Origin: Peribolospora baueri
Taxonomy: Eukaryota
Reading direction: 5' to 3'
DNA: 64,000 bases
Assembly: GCA_029717555.1 (NCBI GenBank)
Contig: JAMDHS010000080.1
Coordinates: 1 to 64,000 of the forward strand
Part shown: in pieces, positions 38,109 to 50,824 of the stretch
How positions within the stretch are numbered: position 1 is the first letter of the stretch
How the letters are laid out: each line of letters begins with the position of its first letter
Notes under the pieces: generated by a model
Databases searched by the model: none
The model's input: only the letters and a program-made list of their open reading frames with translations
What the model was told of the DNA's origin: nothing
Position numbers and translations under genes: made by a program

Positions 38109-40666
38109 TTATCGCCTCTTCTTTCCGCTGCTCCTCTCGCCTTCCTCGGCCTTCCTTTTCCCATTCGCCTTCTCCTTCTCTTTCTCCTTCCTTCGCTCCG
38201 CATTTTCCCTTTCCCGCACCTTCTCTTGGGTAAACTCCTCCACGATTCTCTTCGTCTCTGCGAGGATCTGCTTTTCCCCCAGTCGGACTATAACTGCGTT
38301 GCGGTAGTTCGTAGTGAGACGTAGGCTGGAGGAAGATAGCAGGGCTTGGTCATACTGCATCGTGAAGATGGAATCGATGACACGAGGAAGAAGGAGAAGA
38401 GCTTCAGCATGCTTACCCTCACCCATACGGTAGAGGGGCGGGGAGGAAACAAGTGAGGAAAAGGGTTAGAACAGAGAACAGCGTTTGACTGACCTCAGTG
38501 CTTGTCGGATATTGCGCCAATCTCCTCTCCAATACCCGCACCGCGAACCGGGCCACCTCCTCGTCCAACTTTGGTTTCGGTACCTTTCCTTTATCGCGCG
38601 CCTTTTGCCAGTCCTCATGGGAAAGGAGGAGGATGCGGAAGGCGGAGATGAGTTCAGGAGGGAGGAGGGTCGGGTAGGGCGGGGTCGAGAAGGTCGGGTG
38701 AGAGAGGACGAAGGAACTGGATCAGGGGGGAATATGAATAGGAATGGGCGGTGATGATAAGATCAAACCAGCAGCACACCTCCAGCTAAAAATGGCCCTG
38801 CACGGAGCGCTCCGAAACTGGAGGACGCAAACCGGCAGCGGAAAGCCTCGCGACTCACTCGTCTATATCTTGGTCGATCCACCACTCCACCCTCTCTTGC
38901 AAGGCTTTCCTGCTCGCCTGCTCCTTATCCGTAACTCGTTTGTCCTGCTCGTTCAGCGCATCGTCGACCTCCATAACGTCTCCATCCCTCCTCGGCTCCT
39001 CATCCCTATCTGCACCCTCCCCCTCTCCTCCAACATGGGCGTCTGCGCCCGGCCCCATTTCCAAAGCTACGTCGACTAACAAGTCTGCTGGTACTTCTGC
39101 CACATCGTTCTCGTTCACCTCATCCACGTGCCCGTAGCGTCGGAGGAGATCCGAGTTGGGAGGCTCTGCGTACGTGTTGAACTGTTGTCGGTTAGTCAAC
39201 GAGAAGAAGGAAAGGATGGCATCACACAACGCCAATGAGCGATAACATTCAGTGTCGGCAAGCCAAAGCGTGAGACACACATAAAGGAACATATTGAGCA
39301 GGACGATTAAGAGGAACAAGGTGAAGCTTGGAGACGAGAAGGGAGCGATGAAAAGGGAGAAAAAACCCACAATTTGCTCTCCCTTCTTGATCGATTGGAC
39401 GGCTACCATCTTCAGCACGTCCTTTTCATAAAAAAGTCTTGCCTACGAATGAGGAATAAAAAGTACAAGTCAAAGACAAATACACCTTCAGGTCAGAAAT
39501 GAAAGTACAGAGAGGAAAGACCAAAACAAGCACAATAAATGAGAAAACAGATCTAGAGCTGGTCCAGGTGAGCCCTCACGCACATTGTTGCATCCCGATT
39601 TTGCGTTGAGGACGTCTGCGAGGGGTACCATCTGCGGGTAGAGGTCCCCATGGCGGATCCAAGAAAGAGGATGAGCGACAGCTAGGACGGTGGAAGTGCA
39701 ACAGTCGAGAATCCTGATGACTCACAGCCACGTTGCCCACGTCGTCCTTCTCTTCCTCCTCTTCATCACTATCACTCTCGCCGTCACTCCCATTTTCCTC
39801 CTCCTCATCCACCTCTCCCTCAGCTCGCTTCGCATCACTGTCTTCGACTTGAAAGCTTCTACTGAGAATGCGCGACCCCATGATGTGAAAAAGATAGAAT
39901 GTGTATCGCTCCTCTGCGTTTTGGCCGAAGACCTCGGGGAAGCGTCTTAGAAGGGGAAGAATGCAGAGGAAGTAGGACGCCGTCGCTTCCGCTTCGCCGA
40001 TCTTCTCTTCGGGGACAGAGAGTATGCAAGTGAGGAAGAGGTCAAAACACAAGAAGAAATGGAAAAAAAAATCGAAGGTTCAGCGGTGTTGAAAAGTTGG
40101 AACAAATCCGCAAGGAATGTGAGCAGAAGATGTAGAACACACCCAGTACGGTGCTGCCTTGGAGCTCGGCCAGCTCCTCGTCCGACCAGAACATGAGGGT
40201 ACTGAATTCGTCCGGCATGATATCAAAATATTCCCACCACCCTTCATCTCCTTCCCCTCCTCTCTCTCGCAAGCTCTCCCACATCATCGCCAGGATCAGC
40301 GGCGCCCATCCATCGCCGAGACTGTTCCACGCTTCCGGGTGCAACTCGTCGAGGCGGGAGCGCAGGGAGGAGGTGCGCGTAGAGAGGACGATGGAACGGG
40401 GGATAGTGAAGAGCGTTGTACCTTCCTATAGTCACCCGGTATGGTCCGTGGGAGGGCCAGCGAAAAGAAAAATAGCCCAGGGCAAGGTCTCAACTGACTT
40501 TGAAGTGACGAAATTCTTCGTCGCTACGCTCGCTCACCTCGATGTCTTCCTTGGCCACGACGCCCCGGCCCATGCCCTCGAACTGCGCAAACCCAATGAC
40601 CGGGCTCACTTCGGCACCCCTACGCTTGAGCCAATCGAAAAATCGAATCTCGACCACGTCTTGCAT
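38109..40666 (-). CDS. RKM4: SET-domain lysine methyltransferase, Rkm4/SETD6-like
   Basis: GMGRGVVAKEDI, WAPLILAMMWE, LMFWSDEELAELQGS, HIMGSRILSRSF, MVPLADVLNA, FNTYAEPPNSDLLRRYGHVD and NAVIVRLGEKQIL. Confidence 0.85.
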
Positions 40667-41091
40667 CGCGTCCCTTTTTATGGTTGTAGTAAGGTGAAGG
40701 GCGTCCTCTAGGGATGCCCTGAGTCCCTGTTCTTATATTCAGGCTTAGGGGACGAGTAACGAAGGAGGAGTAAGGGGAAATGAGTGAATCGCGTGCGCCT
40801 GCGCGGCGTATGAGGAATACGCGTGAGGCGTATTATATGCTATGAAGGAGTGCTCCACGATACCAGGAAAAACTGAGGCACAGCGGCGAGTCTTACATAA
40901 GCCGCTGATAGAAGACTTCACGTGATCATTGACGAGTGCGTCTGCTCTGGCGCACTTGGCAAAGCGAATGGTAAACTTGGATCTTGCCTGTTTCCCGAGA
41001 CGAATCTCGAGCGATGGTCAACACATGGAAGGCAGTCTGTGAGGTGTGACGCGGAGAGGACATCGGAATGGCCGAGTTGGACGGTGGCGCC

Positions 41092-41111
41092 CTTCCTGAT
41101 GCTTCCAGAAG
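41092..41111. promoter_or_regulatory. Imperfect heat-shock element upstream of the Hsp110 gene
   Basis: cTTCctGATgcTTCcaGAAg has the alternating nTTCn/nGAAn spacing with one mismatched unit, about 300 nt before the ATG. Confidence 0.45.
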
Positions 41112-41404
41112 GTGCACGCGTGGGAAGAAGAGGTCACGTGCTGACCTGTCTGCTAAGGTGATCGCCGCTTCCGCTTCTTCTGCGCTGAGTTGGCAGCGAG
41201 GCGAAGGAATTTGCATTAAGAGAGCGAGAGAGAGCATATCAACTGCCAAGGTCGTCACCACCACCTCAGGTCGTCACCACTATCTCCCTCGCCACCCCGT
41301 CCTTCACACCCTCCGCACACGCGCCTCTGCTTGTCGCCGATAGGCTCCCTCTTTTCTCTCCTTTTCCTTTGTCATTCGTCTGCGTGCGTACGTGACAAGC
41401 CAAG

Positions 41405-44400
41405 ATGTCCGTCATTGGCATTGACCTCGGCAACCTCGCTTCCAAGGTGGGTCGACCGCGTCGCCCTGTCATCCTGCGGCCTATTCGGACGGGAACCTCC
41501 CCGCCCACTTCTCCTCCCCCACCCTTCTCTCTTATTTCTCTTCTCATCGTTTAGCTGATCGAAGAGCTGACGTAACCTCATTCCGCATTTGCCTTCGTCT
41601 GGTTACTCTCCGGGATGTCCTTTTCGGGCATGCCTCACACCTCCATTCATCGCCTCACCTGTGCGCCCGCGTGCCGTGTTGATGGTGGCATAGATCGGTG
41701 TGGCTAGGAAGAGGGGCATTGATATCATCGTCAACGAGGTGTCCAATCGGGCGACTCCGTGAGCAACCTGTCCTGGCGACAATTCTTAGTGACGAGACGA
41801 CGTGCCTCAAGTATCGCTAACCAATTCGTCTTGTATCGTCTTCTTCCAGTTCCCTTGTTTCCTTCGGCCCTAAAGCCCGGGCGATTGGAGAGCCCGCCAA
41901 GACTCAGGAGACGTCTAACTTCAAGAACACCATCGGCTCCCTCAAACGCCTCGTCGGACGCACCCTCAACGACCCGGAAGTGCAGAATGTCGAGAAGAAG
42001 TTCATTAACGCTGAGCTCGTCGATGCAGGTGGGGAGGTTGGCGTCAAGGTAAGCGAGCGGGCTAGTTCATCGACAATCTCTCGTGGATGGAATGGATTAT
42101 GGGCGAGGTAAGCCAGCGAATGCACGGATGGGTTTTAATTTGCTTTGTTGTCTATTCTCTACTGTCTTATGCAGGTTCGATTCTTGGGAGAGGAGCACGT
42201 TTTCTCGGCCACGCAGCTCTTGGGCATGTATCTTAGCAAGCTGCGAGACACGGCCGCGCACGAGCTGCAGAGCGTCGTCAGCGACGTCGTCATCTCCGTC
42301 CCTGGCTGGTTCACCGACGCGCAGCGTCGGGCTTACCTTGATGCCGCCGACATTGCTAACCTGAACCCGCTCCGACTTATCAACGACAACACCGCCGCCG
42401 CCCTCGGGTACGGCATCACCAAGACCGACCTCCCTGAGGCTGACGCACCCCGCCACGTCGTTTTCATCGACATCGGCCACTCCAACTACCAGGTATCCGT
42501 CGTCGCTTTCGCCAAGGGCCAGCTCACTATCAAGGGCACCGCCTTCGAGAGGAATTTCGGCGGCCGCGACTTTGACCTTGCCTTGCTCAAACACTTCGCC
42601 GAGGAGTTCAAGGCTAAGTACAAGATCGACGTCTTGTCCAACCAGAAGGCAGTCTTCCGCCTTCTCGCCGGCTGCGAGCGCGTCAAGAAGGTTCTCTCCG
42701 CCAACGCCGTCGCCCCGCTCAACGTCGAAAGCATCATGAACGACATTGACGCCAGCTCCCAGATCAAGCGCGAGGAGTTTGAGGCTTTGATCTCCGGTCT
42801 CCTCGCCAAGGTGAATGTGCCACTCGAGCGCGTACTTACTGAGGCCGGAATTGACAAGAGCGAAGTCCACAGCGTGGAGATGGTGGGCGGATCGACCCGT
42901 ATCCCGGCGCTCAAGGAGCGCATCTCCGCCTTCTTTGGTAAGCCGCTCTCCTTCACCCTCAACCAGGATGAGGCGGTTGCTCGCGGCGCCACGCTCGCCT
43001 GCGCCATGCTCTCGCCCGTGTTCAAGGTTCGTGAGTTCTCTGTCCATGACATCGAGCCCTACCCGATCAAGTTCACATGGGAGGCGACCCCCGGCATTCC
43101 GGATGAGGACACGGAGCTGTTGGTGTTCCAGAAGAACAACCCCATCCCTTCGACCAAAATCCTCACTTTCTACCGCAAGGAGCCTTTCGTGCTCGAGGCA
43201 TCCTACGCCACCGACGAGATCCCGCCGGTCAACCCGTTCATTGGTCGCTTTTCGATTAAGAACGTCGCCCCGAACTCGCAGGGCGATTTTTCCATCGTCA
43301 AGGTCAAGGCTCGTCTCAACTTGCACGGCGTGTTGAGCGTGGAGGGAGCGTACATCGTTGAGGAGGTGGAGAAGGAGGAGGAAGTGCCCGTCGAGGGGGA
43401 CGCGATGGACACGACCAAGGAGGGCGAGGAAGCTGCCAAGCCCAAGACAGAGATCAGGAAGGTCAAGAAGCTCGTGCGCAAGGCCGACCTGCCCGTCGTC
43501 GCTCAGCTGCCCAGCAAGGACTCCAGCGTCGTCTCCGAGTTCAAGCAGAAGGAGGGGGAGTTGCACGCGAACGACAAGCTCGTTCAGGACACTGAAGTGC
43601 GTTTGCAGAGCGCCGGCGATTTTCGCGTGTGACGTAACTCGCTCACTGGGTTCTGTGCTTGGCCACTCGCCTTTATATAGGACAGAAAAAACGCTCTGGA
43701 GGAGTACGTGTACGACCAGCGTGCCAAGATCGAGGACCGCTACGTGCCCTTCATCCAGCCTCAGGAGAAGGAGGAGTACCAAAAGATGCTTGCCGATGCT
43801 GAGGACTGGCTGTACTCCGAGGAAGGCGAAGACGCCACCAAGTCTACTTACGTCTCTCGGCTCGAGAACCTGCAGAAGATCGGTGGACCGGTGACGTTCC
43901 GATGGAAAGAGCACGAGGAGCGCCCGAAGGCTGCCGCTCAGCTTCGGGAGACGCTCAACACGTTAATGGAGCAGGCGACGAGCGAGGACGAAAAGTACAG
44001 CCACATCGAGGAGAAGGACAAGCAGAGCGTTGTGGAAAAGTGCGCTACCGTTGGGAAGTGGCTGGAGGACAACATGGTCAAGCAGAATGAGAGGGCCAAG
44101 AACCAGGACCCTACGCTGACCTCTGCTGAAATCAACAAGCAGAGGGAGGATGTCGTGATCCACGGCACGTCTATGTGAGTGTTTTAATTCGTTTTTCGGA
44201 CGCTTTCTGAAGTTCACTTCCCCGGAGGCGCATGGAGCTAAGCTTTTGTTATTACGTGGTTGTCCTATCTCTTCATTCGCAGCCTCAACCGCCCGAAGCC
44301 GCGCGCTCCTAAGCCAGACTCTGCGCCCAAGTCGGAGCCGGCGTCAGGACAGCAGACGCCTCAGCAGGAGAAGGAGGGGGGGAAGACGGAGGAGGGTGGG

Positions 44401-44433
44401 AAGGCGACTCCGCAAGAGATGGATGTGGATTGA
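41405..44433 (+). CDS. SSE1: Hsp110 family chaperone / Hsp70 nucleotide exchange factor (Sse1/Hsp88)
   Basis: MSVIGIDLG, GIDIIVNEVSNRATP, ALGYGITKTDLP, VGGSTRIP, TLNQDEAVARG, EDWLYSEEGED and C-terminal EMDVD. Confidence 0.96.
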
Positions 44434-45277
44434 AGAGCCGGTTGACGGGATGTGGTTGGATGGGATGAACTTGGAGGGATGGGACGGCCGTGGTAGAATT
44501 TCGGTAGACCAGGAGGGTGTGAAATTGTAGCCGGCGCTGGGGCGACTACTCTTATAGTTGTGCGCATTTGTCTACGACACTCACCGTACCTACCTAACCT
44601 ACACATGTTCTCTAGTGATTCTTCGCCGTCTTCCTCTCTTAAGTATCCGGTCCAAAGTACCCCTTCCCACCCTTTCCTCTCCGCTCATCCCTTCCCCTTC
44701 CGCAACCTGTTCTCCGCGCCTTTGCGCGTGTTTCTTTAGACGCTTGAATCGATCGATCGACACCTGTCTGCGTTCCTTTGGTCTGTTTCGTCCGAGGTTC
44801 AAGAGAAGCACGGCCTCGGCCCTGAAACGGCACGACGATGCTTACTTACGTGCGACGGTCGTTACCGGACGTTCTTTTCCCTCCCGCTCGCCGAAAAGCG
44901 GTCTACTCGCCTGCCCAAGTCCTACCTACCTACTATCATCCGTGCTGTGCTGCCGCCGCATTCCCTTCCATCGCCCTACGGCCCCTTTCCAGGCACTGCT
45001 GTTTCCAGGACAAATTCGCTGACCAGGACGGCAGTGACCATGGGCTTCCCCACCACGGTGGTCACACTGAGCGGTCTCTTGGCTCAATGTGTAGCAGTGG
45101 TGTTCATCATTCGACGAGTTTCCTTCACGCCACACAAAACCCCCGGGAGGGGCGTAATGTGGGGCCAGGCGACGCTTCTACGAACACTGATGACAGACGG
45201 CTTTGTTTTCCCAGGTCGCTCTGTGAAATCCGGCCTTCCGGCCTTCCCGTCCGTCCCAGTCCTTCCATCTAACCTAG

Positions 45278-47326
45278 CTACTCGAGCGTTCCCTGGTTCA
45301 AGATGACAATCTTGATCTCCTCGCCAGACTTGCACGCGAGCATGGCATCCTCCGCCTCGGACAAGGGGAAAGTTTTCGTAACGAGTGGCTTAAGGTCAAC
45401 GGCTCGGCGGGCGAGCAGTTCTACGGCTTCTTCGAAACGGCCAAAGCCGTAACGGTGGAGGCCTACGACGTTGAGCTCGTTGCTGGGGAGTCTGAGCAAG
45501 GGGAAGTTGACGAACGTCGACCCGAAACCGACTTGGCAGTCTGGGATGGACGAGACGGTTCGACGGCACGAGGAGAAAACGAGAGGGACGGAAGATGATG
45601 TGTTCGGCGCCGCATCGAATAAACCGGGATAGAGAGCGGTGGGGTGGGAAAGGAAGGACAAGGACAGGGACGAGGGTGAGGCGGAGGTTGAGGAATAGGA
45701 GAGAGCGTAGAGACGAACGATGGCTGCGGAGAGCGAGTATAAAGAGAAACACTCACACGTTCCGCCCTTCCTGAGCATGTACATCCCAATCTGGGCCGCG
45801 GATTCGGCACCCGAACAATCCACCACCACGTCCACGCCCCCGAGTCCGCCGGGCGCGTCGGGTGCTTGCAGTCCGGCCTCCGCCAGCCACCGGTCTGCGA
45901 GCCCAGTGACCCACTCGAGAAGGGGCTTCTCCTCTGGCCGGTGTTCCTCCGCCTGGAATACCTTGTCGGCGACGTAGGATCGGGCAAACTCTGCGCGTTT
46001 CGGGTTGATCTCGACGGCGAGGACGAGGGAAGCAAAGTAAGCTTTGGCCACCGCTTGGGTCATCAGGCCAATAGGGCCGCACCCGAAGACGACGACTTTC
46101 TGGTGCGGCGTCAGGCGAGCGCGTCGAGCTATCTGGAAAAAAAGATTCGACAAGATTCAACCCAGCGAGGGAAGGCGGAGGCAAGTAGATGAACAGTCAG
46201 AACCGGCGGTAAGCCCGAAAGAAAGAGAGCTGGGACAACAGCGGGTGCCGCTTGTGCGGTAAAGCGAGCTCAACATGTCTCCCTCGGTCCGCCCGCTCCA
46301 CTCACCTGGACGGCGATAGCCAACGGCTGAATACACCCAGCCTCAAGCCAACCGACGTGCTCGGGCACGGGAACGAGCATGTGCTCGTCGGCGGAGAAGT
46401 ACTGGCACATGAAGCCGTGCTCGCCCTCCTTACCGTCCTGGCGGGGCGCGGAGGCGTACCTTTCATCTGCGCAGAGGTTAATCAGGCCCGTGGCACAAAA
46501 CCTGCACCTGTGAAGCGGAGGAGAGAAAAAGGGGCGGGCGTTGGCGGGGAGGTTAGTCAAGGTCGAACCTTTCACGAGCATCGCCTCTCGACTTCTCTCG
46601 GCTTACACGCACGCACACACGTCCGATGGAGGAGAAAATGACTCACTTTCCGCAAGATACCAAAGGCTGTATCGCGACCCGGTCGCCGACCTTGACCTTG
46701 CTCACGTTGGGCCCCACCTCGACGACCACGCCCGCCGCTTCGTGGCCAGGGACGAGGGGGTGCTCCTGAACGGCCGAGGGAGATAAAGGAAGCAGGGTCG
46801 TCCGTTAACACTGGAACTTGGACGACCCCAGGCGATGAGGACGGCGATGGGCCACCTTGACTCTGCGGCTTCCGATGCCGCCATCCTCCCAGGTGTGGAT
46901 CTGTGGTGCATTGAAGGGCGTAGGGATCGAGTAGGACCGATGCGTGGGTCAGCGCCTCGCAGCATCGTGCGCACGGAGGGAGACACCGTCCCGACGACTC
47001 AAACGCACATCAGATCCGCAAATACCCGTGGCACTGTAGCGCAGGATAGCCGAGAGTTGGAAATGGAAGAAAGGGCAAGCGCGTGGGGCGCGGAAAACGG
47101 CGTGGGCAGATCAGATCGAAAGTCGCTTCGCCTATCTGACCATCCATCCTCTGGAGGCCGCAGGAGCCAGCCAGCGCCGGCTGGGCGCTCACATAACCTT
47201 TACTATCGCCTTGCCCTCCCGAGCCGGACCGGGATAAGCCCTTTGCTGGAACCGAAGCTGCTTGGGGCCGTACAAGAGCCAGGACCAGTTGCCAGGCGCG
47301 CCGTTGTGATCGGTGGTGATGGCCAT
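45278..47326 (-). CDS. Zinc-dependent polyol (sorbitol/xylitol) dehydrogenase
   Basis: TGICGSD on a microexon, PGHEAAGVV, structural Zn cysteines [29 protein letters not shown] and VDLKPLVT. Confidence 0.88.
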
Positions 47327-48440
47327 GGCTGGTATGACGAAGTGCGGTCTGGTTCTGGCAGGAATGGGAACGGAAAGGGAAGCCAGAAGAGGTGAAGGTC
47401 GAGGTGGTGGAGAAGGAAGATAGGGAGAGGAGAACTCCCTCCCCCTCCCTCCCTCCCTCCTCTTTCCGCCAGAACGCCAGCGTGGGTGAGGAGTTGAACC
47501 GCTGAGGCTGTCGGACCGGCGCCGGTCCCGCCCCGGTCCGCCGGCCGAGCCGCACGGGGACCCCGCACGGGATGAGTAGACAAGGTGGAGGGCGACGGCG
47601 GGGTGCGCTGGCGACGACAACCGCGGCGGGGGAACGAGAAGTGCTCGTCCCCAGCGGTACACAGCTGGCGTTGGCACCGTGCGGAGTGCATTCCCTCTCG
47701 ATACGCTGAGCCTCGTACAGCAAGCGAAGCATTATCGTCGTCAGGAGCGCGGAGGTGCGATCGATGGCAGAAGGCTCGGCGGTCGGACACCGATACGGCA
47801 AGTCGCCGAGACGCCGAGGGCACGTGCGCGTGGGCCAGCTGGTGCTCCTCCCCCGCGTTCGGTTGCCTGCCCTCGGCGCGGTCGACCGTATCGTATGTAC
47901 AGTACAACGCCAGTAGCATGTGTTAACGGTCCACCTGTCTCCCGCAGGCAACCGCGTAAAAGCAAGGACTTGATTGCCGTTTCCTCCCCTCGCAATGACC
48001 ACCACTTCTCCTCATCCTCGCCCCGGCTTGGCGTGGGCGATACCTGGCTTCCTCTTTGGTGGACGACGCGCCCTTCTCATGCCCTCCTACGCCTTTAGGG
48101 AAGATAGAAAAAAAGTCCTTCTCGTGCTGGCGCCGACCGCCGCCCTTCGCTTCTAGCTCCGTTCACACGTCGAATCGCTCGCCCCCCCGACTGCAGTGGC
48201 CAAGCTCGGCTCCTCCGCATGAGAGCAGCGCATCTGTTGCGTTTTCCACTCTGGAACTGTTTTTTCCTCGCGAAACCTTGTCTCAACCCACCCAACCAAC
48301 CGACCAACATACCTCCGTGCTTGGTCCTTTCGAAGGGCAAAATACAGTCGAAGACGCCGCGGCCTTCCCGTCCAGGCATCTATTTCAGAAGGCGGCAGAA
48401 GTCACAGAAAGAGAGGGCAGACAGACAGACAGACAGGCGG

Positions 48441-50824
48441 TCAGAGACCGCGATTGAACTCGACAACCTCGACCCTCTCTCCCGTCCTCGGATCCTTAAC
48501 ATCCTTGAACCTCTCCTCAAGGCTCTCGACGCGCATCGTGGCCGTCTGAGGAAAGACGGCGATGGCGGGCGGCAGGAAGACGAGGAGCGAGGCGCCGATG
48601 AGGCCGAGATTGGTCGCGATCGTGGCCGGAGAGCGCGCGGAGGGAGAGAGAACGCCGCGCCTTTGGAGGTAGGTGAGGAGGAGGGGCGGCAGGATAAGGG
48701 TGGGGACTGAACAGGTACGCGGGCAGCGGGAGCGGGAGACACAGCGAACAGACGAGTTCAGATCCACCCTCCGTCCGCGCAAGGTCACGAACGCTCGCTC
48801 GCACTCACTATTCGTGAATACTCTGCTGGCGGCCGTCTGAGCGACGGCCCTCGTACCAGCAATCTCGCTCTTCCCGATCGGAAGCCTTTCCTCTTCCTTC
48901 GACCGCCCCTTATCGCCTCGTTCCGCCTCCGCTTCCTTCTCCGCAAGCGCCGGCGCGTACACGGTGACGCCGTCGCGAATCTCCTTCCATCGCATGCAGC
49001 TGATGTTCACCACGCCTGCCGAGGCGACGGACGCGAAGGGGACGAGGCGCGACAGGGCGGTGCGCGCGGAAGGGGATAGCGATCGAAGGCAGGACACGAG
49101 CCGAGTGAGAGAGACGGCGATGCCTACAGACGTGGCCACGGCGGCGGCATATGCTGGGGCGGAGCGAAAGGGGAGGTGGCCAGAATGCGGTCCAAGCATA
49201 AAGGAACCAGCGTCTTCAATGACGGAATAAACGAGTGCGTTGTCTTTCGAGGCGACGACGCGTGCTCACCGGTCGCTACCTCCCCCGTATTCATCGGCAC
49301 GCTGAGACGGGATGAAAGGACGGGTCAATAACGCCTCTGGACGACCCAACCGCCGTCGCGCACCCGTCCTCGGCCATTTTTCTCAGCAGCCGAGGCCACA
49401 TGAAGTGGGTGAAAGGGTTCTTGAAACCGACCGCGGATGAACGGGCCGCCCGGACCGCCGTTCCACCTTGCCGTCGCCGTCGCCGTCGCCTCTCACCTCT
49501 TGTTCGCATTACTGTAGTTCACGGCGACGTTCAAGCTCTGGTTCATCCACTGCCAGAAGACGACGCCGCCGAGGCCCTGTCCGGGCATGAGCATCCCTCC
49601 GACGATAATCAGGTTGGTCGGTACGAACGCGCTCATCCGGAACGGTAGCGGAACGGGCTCGCCCGTGTCCGGGTGGATGGAGGACAGGACGAGCGTCTTG
49701 TCGCGCCAGTATCGCTTCGCTTCGGCTGCCGGCACGAGCGCCGAGGAAGGGTTACTGGCGAGGCGGGCTTCGACGTCGCGGACGTGAGACTGGGCGGAGA
49801 TGAGCTCTTGACGTGAGGCGAGGAGGGTCAAGGGCGAGGTGACCGAGACGAAGTGGGCAAGGCGGCCGACTGAGGAGGGAGAGGAGCGCCATAAAGCGAG
49901 CGCATCGGTGGGTGGCCAGCCGCGGGGAGATGTAGCAAAGCATGAGCGTCAAGACGAACGAGACCAGCGTCTCCGCCGGCCGTCCAGGAGGACGTTGCAT
50001 CCGACCGGCTGCTCACAGAACGTGCTCAAGTCATGGCGGGGCTTGGCTGATTAAAAAAAAAAAAAAAAAAGAGATGTCAGTCGCATGCGTTCCGTCGGAA
50101 GGGCTCGCACGTCGAAACGCAAAGCGCCAGATCCTTGGGCGCACACTCGAAGCTCTTCAAACAAGAGGTCCGTCGTCGCGCGAGACGAGCCAGCGGTAGA
50201 TGGACGTCTCTGAGACGGTCGTCAGACCGTGAGTTGGGAGAAGGAGAAGCGCTCGTCTACGCTTTCCTCGAACCATTCGAGCCGACGGCATGCCCAAGAC
50301 GGAGCGAGGGGTGCCGAGGTCGTCCCATCTATCTATCACCAGGGCGCGTCCTGCTCTGGTCGCCGCCGTCTCCACTCAGCGCGATCACGCGCGAGCGACG
50401 CGCGCGTCTTGGCCTTGACAAGGCTCTGCCCTAAGCCCACGGCGATGCACCTGACTTTGAACTCGAGAGCGGAGCGACAAGCGACCAGCCGGCCATTGGA
50501 CGGAAAGAAGGCAACGAGAACCGAAGGCGGTCTACGGAACAGGACCACCCTGCTCGAGCCGACTGTCCCGCCATGCTCGGGAGGCTCGCGGTGGGATGGA
50601 TCGAAGGCGGAGGCGGAGGGAAGCTCGGATGGATCGAAGGACTCACAGATGTCAACAAAGCCTTGGAGTTTGTCGGAAGAACAGGCTGGAGCGGAAGCAG
50701 GCGGAGGCGTGGATGGTGCCAAGTAAGAGACATCTCTCCTCGCAGCGCTGTCCCTCGCAGAAGCGGTAGTGGTACCGGCGGCGGGGACGTCGCACTGTGC
50801 GGCGGGCTTGAGGAGGCCGAGCAT
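48441..50824 (-). CDS. FSF1: Sideroflexin (mitochondrial tricarboxylate/serine carrier, Fsf1 family)
   Basis: Exon 1 ends at GFVDI, and a 600-nt intron (50646-50047) joins it to SKPRHDLSTF|FGRLAHF. Later motifs: SSIHPDTGEPVPLPFRMSAFVP, FWQWMNQSLNVAVNYSNANK, VPFASVASAG and FNRGL. Confidence 0.92.

Noticed and set aside
42097..43914. 605-aa minus-strand ORF
   Set aside because: It is the antisense shadow of the codon-biased SSE1 coding sequence, a well-known effect for Hsp70-family genes.
44840..44856. TACTTAC resembling the U1 snRNA 5' end
   Set aside because: It continues GTG rather than CTG, and no U1 loop I or Sm site follows.
45187..45232. CTGATGA...GAAA resembling a hammerhead ribozyme core
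   Set aside because: The stem II register is off by one, and no NUH cleavage triplet with matching stems I and III is present.
45269..45280. TAG CTA G readthrough-like context at the polyol dehydrogenase stop
   Set aside because: The efficient motif uses TGA, and readthrough would add only X-L-G before another stop, with no PTS1.
14615..50824. Possible functional cluster of nutrient and stress genes (MET14, SEA4, eIF2B-gamma, SSE1, sideroflexin)
   Set aside because: These are unrelated housekeeping genes in mixed orientation, with no shared motif or pathway logic visible.
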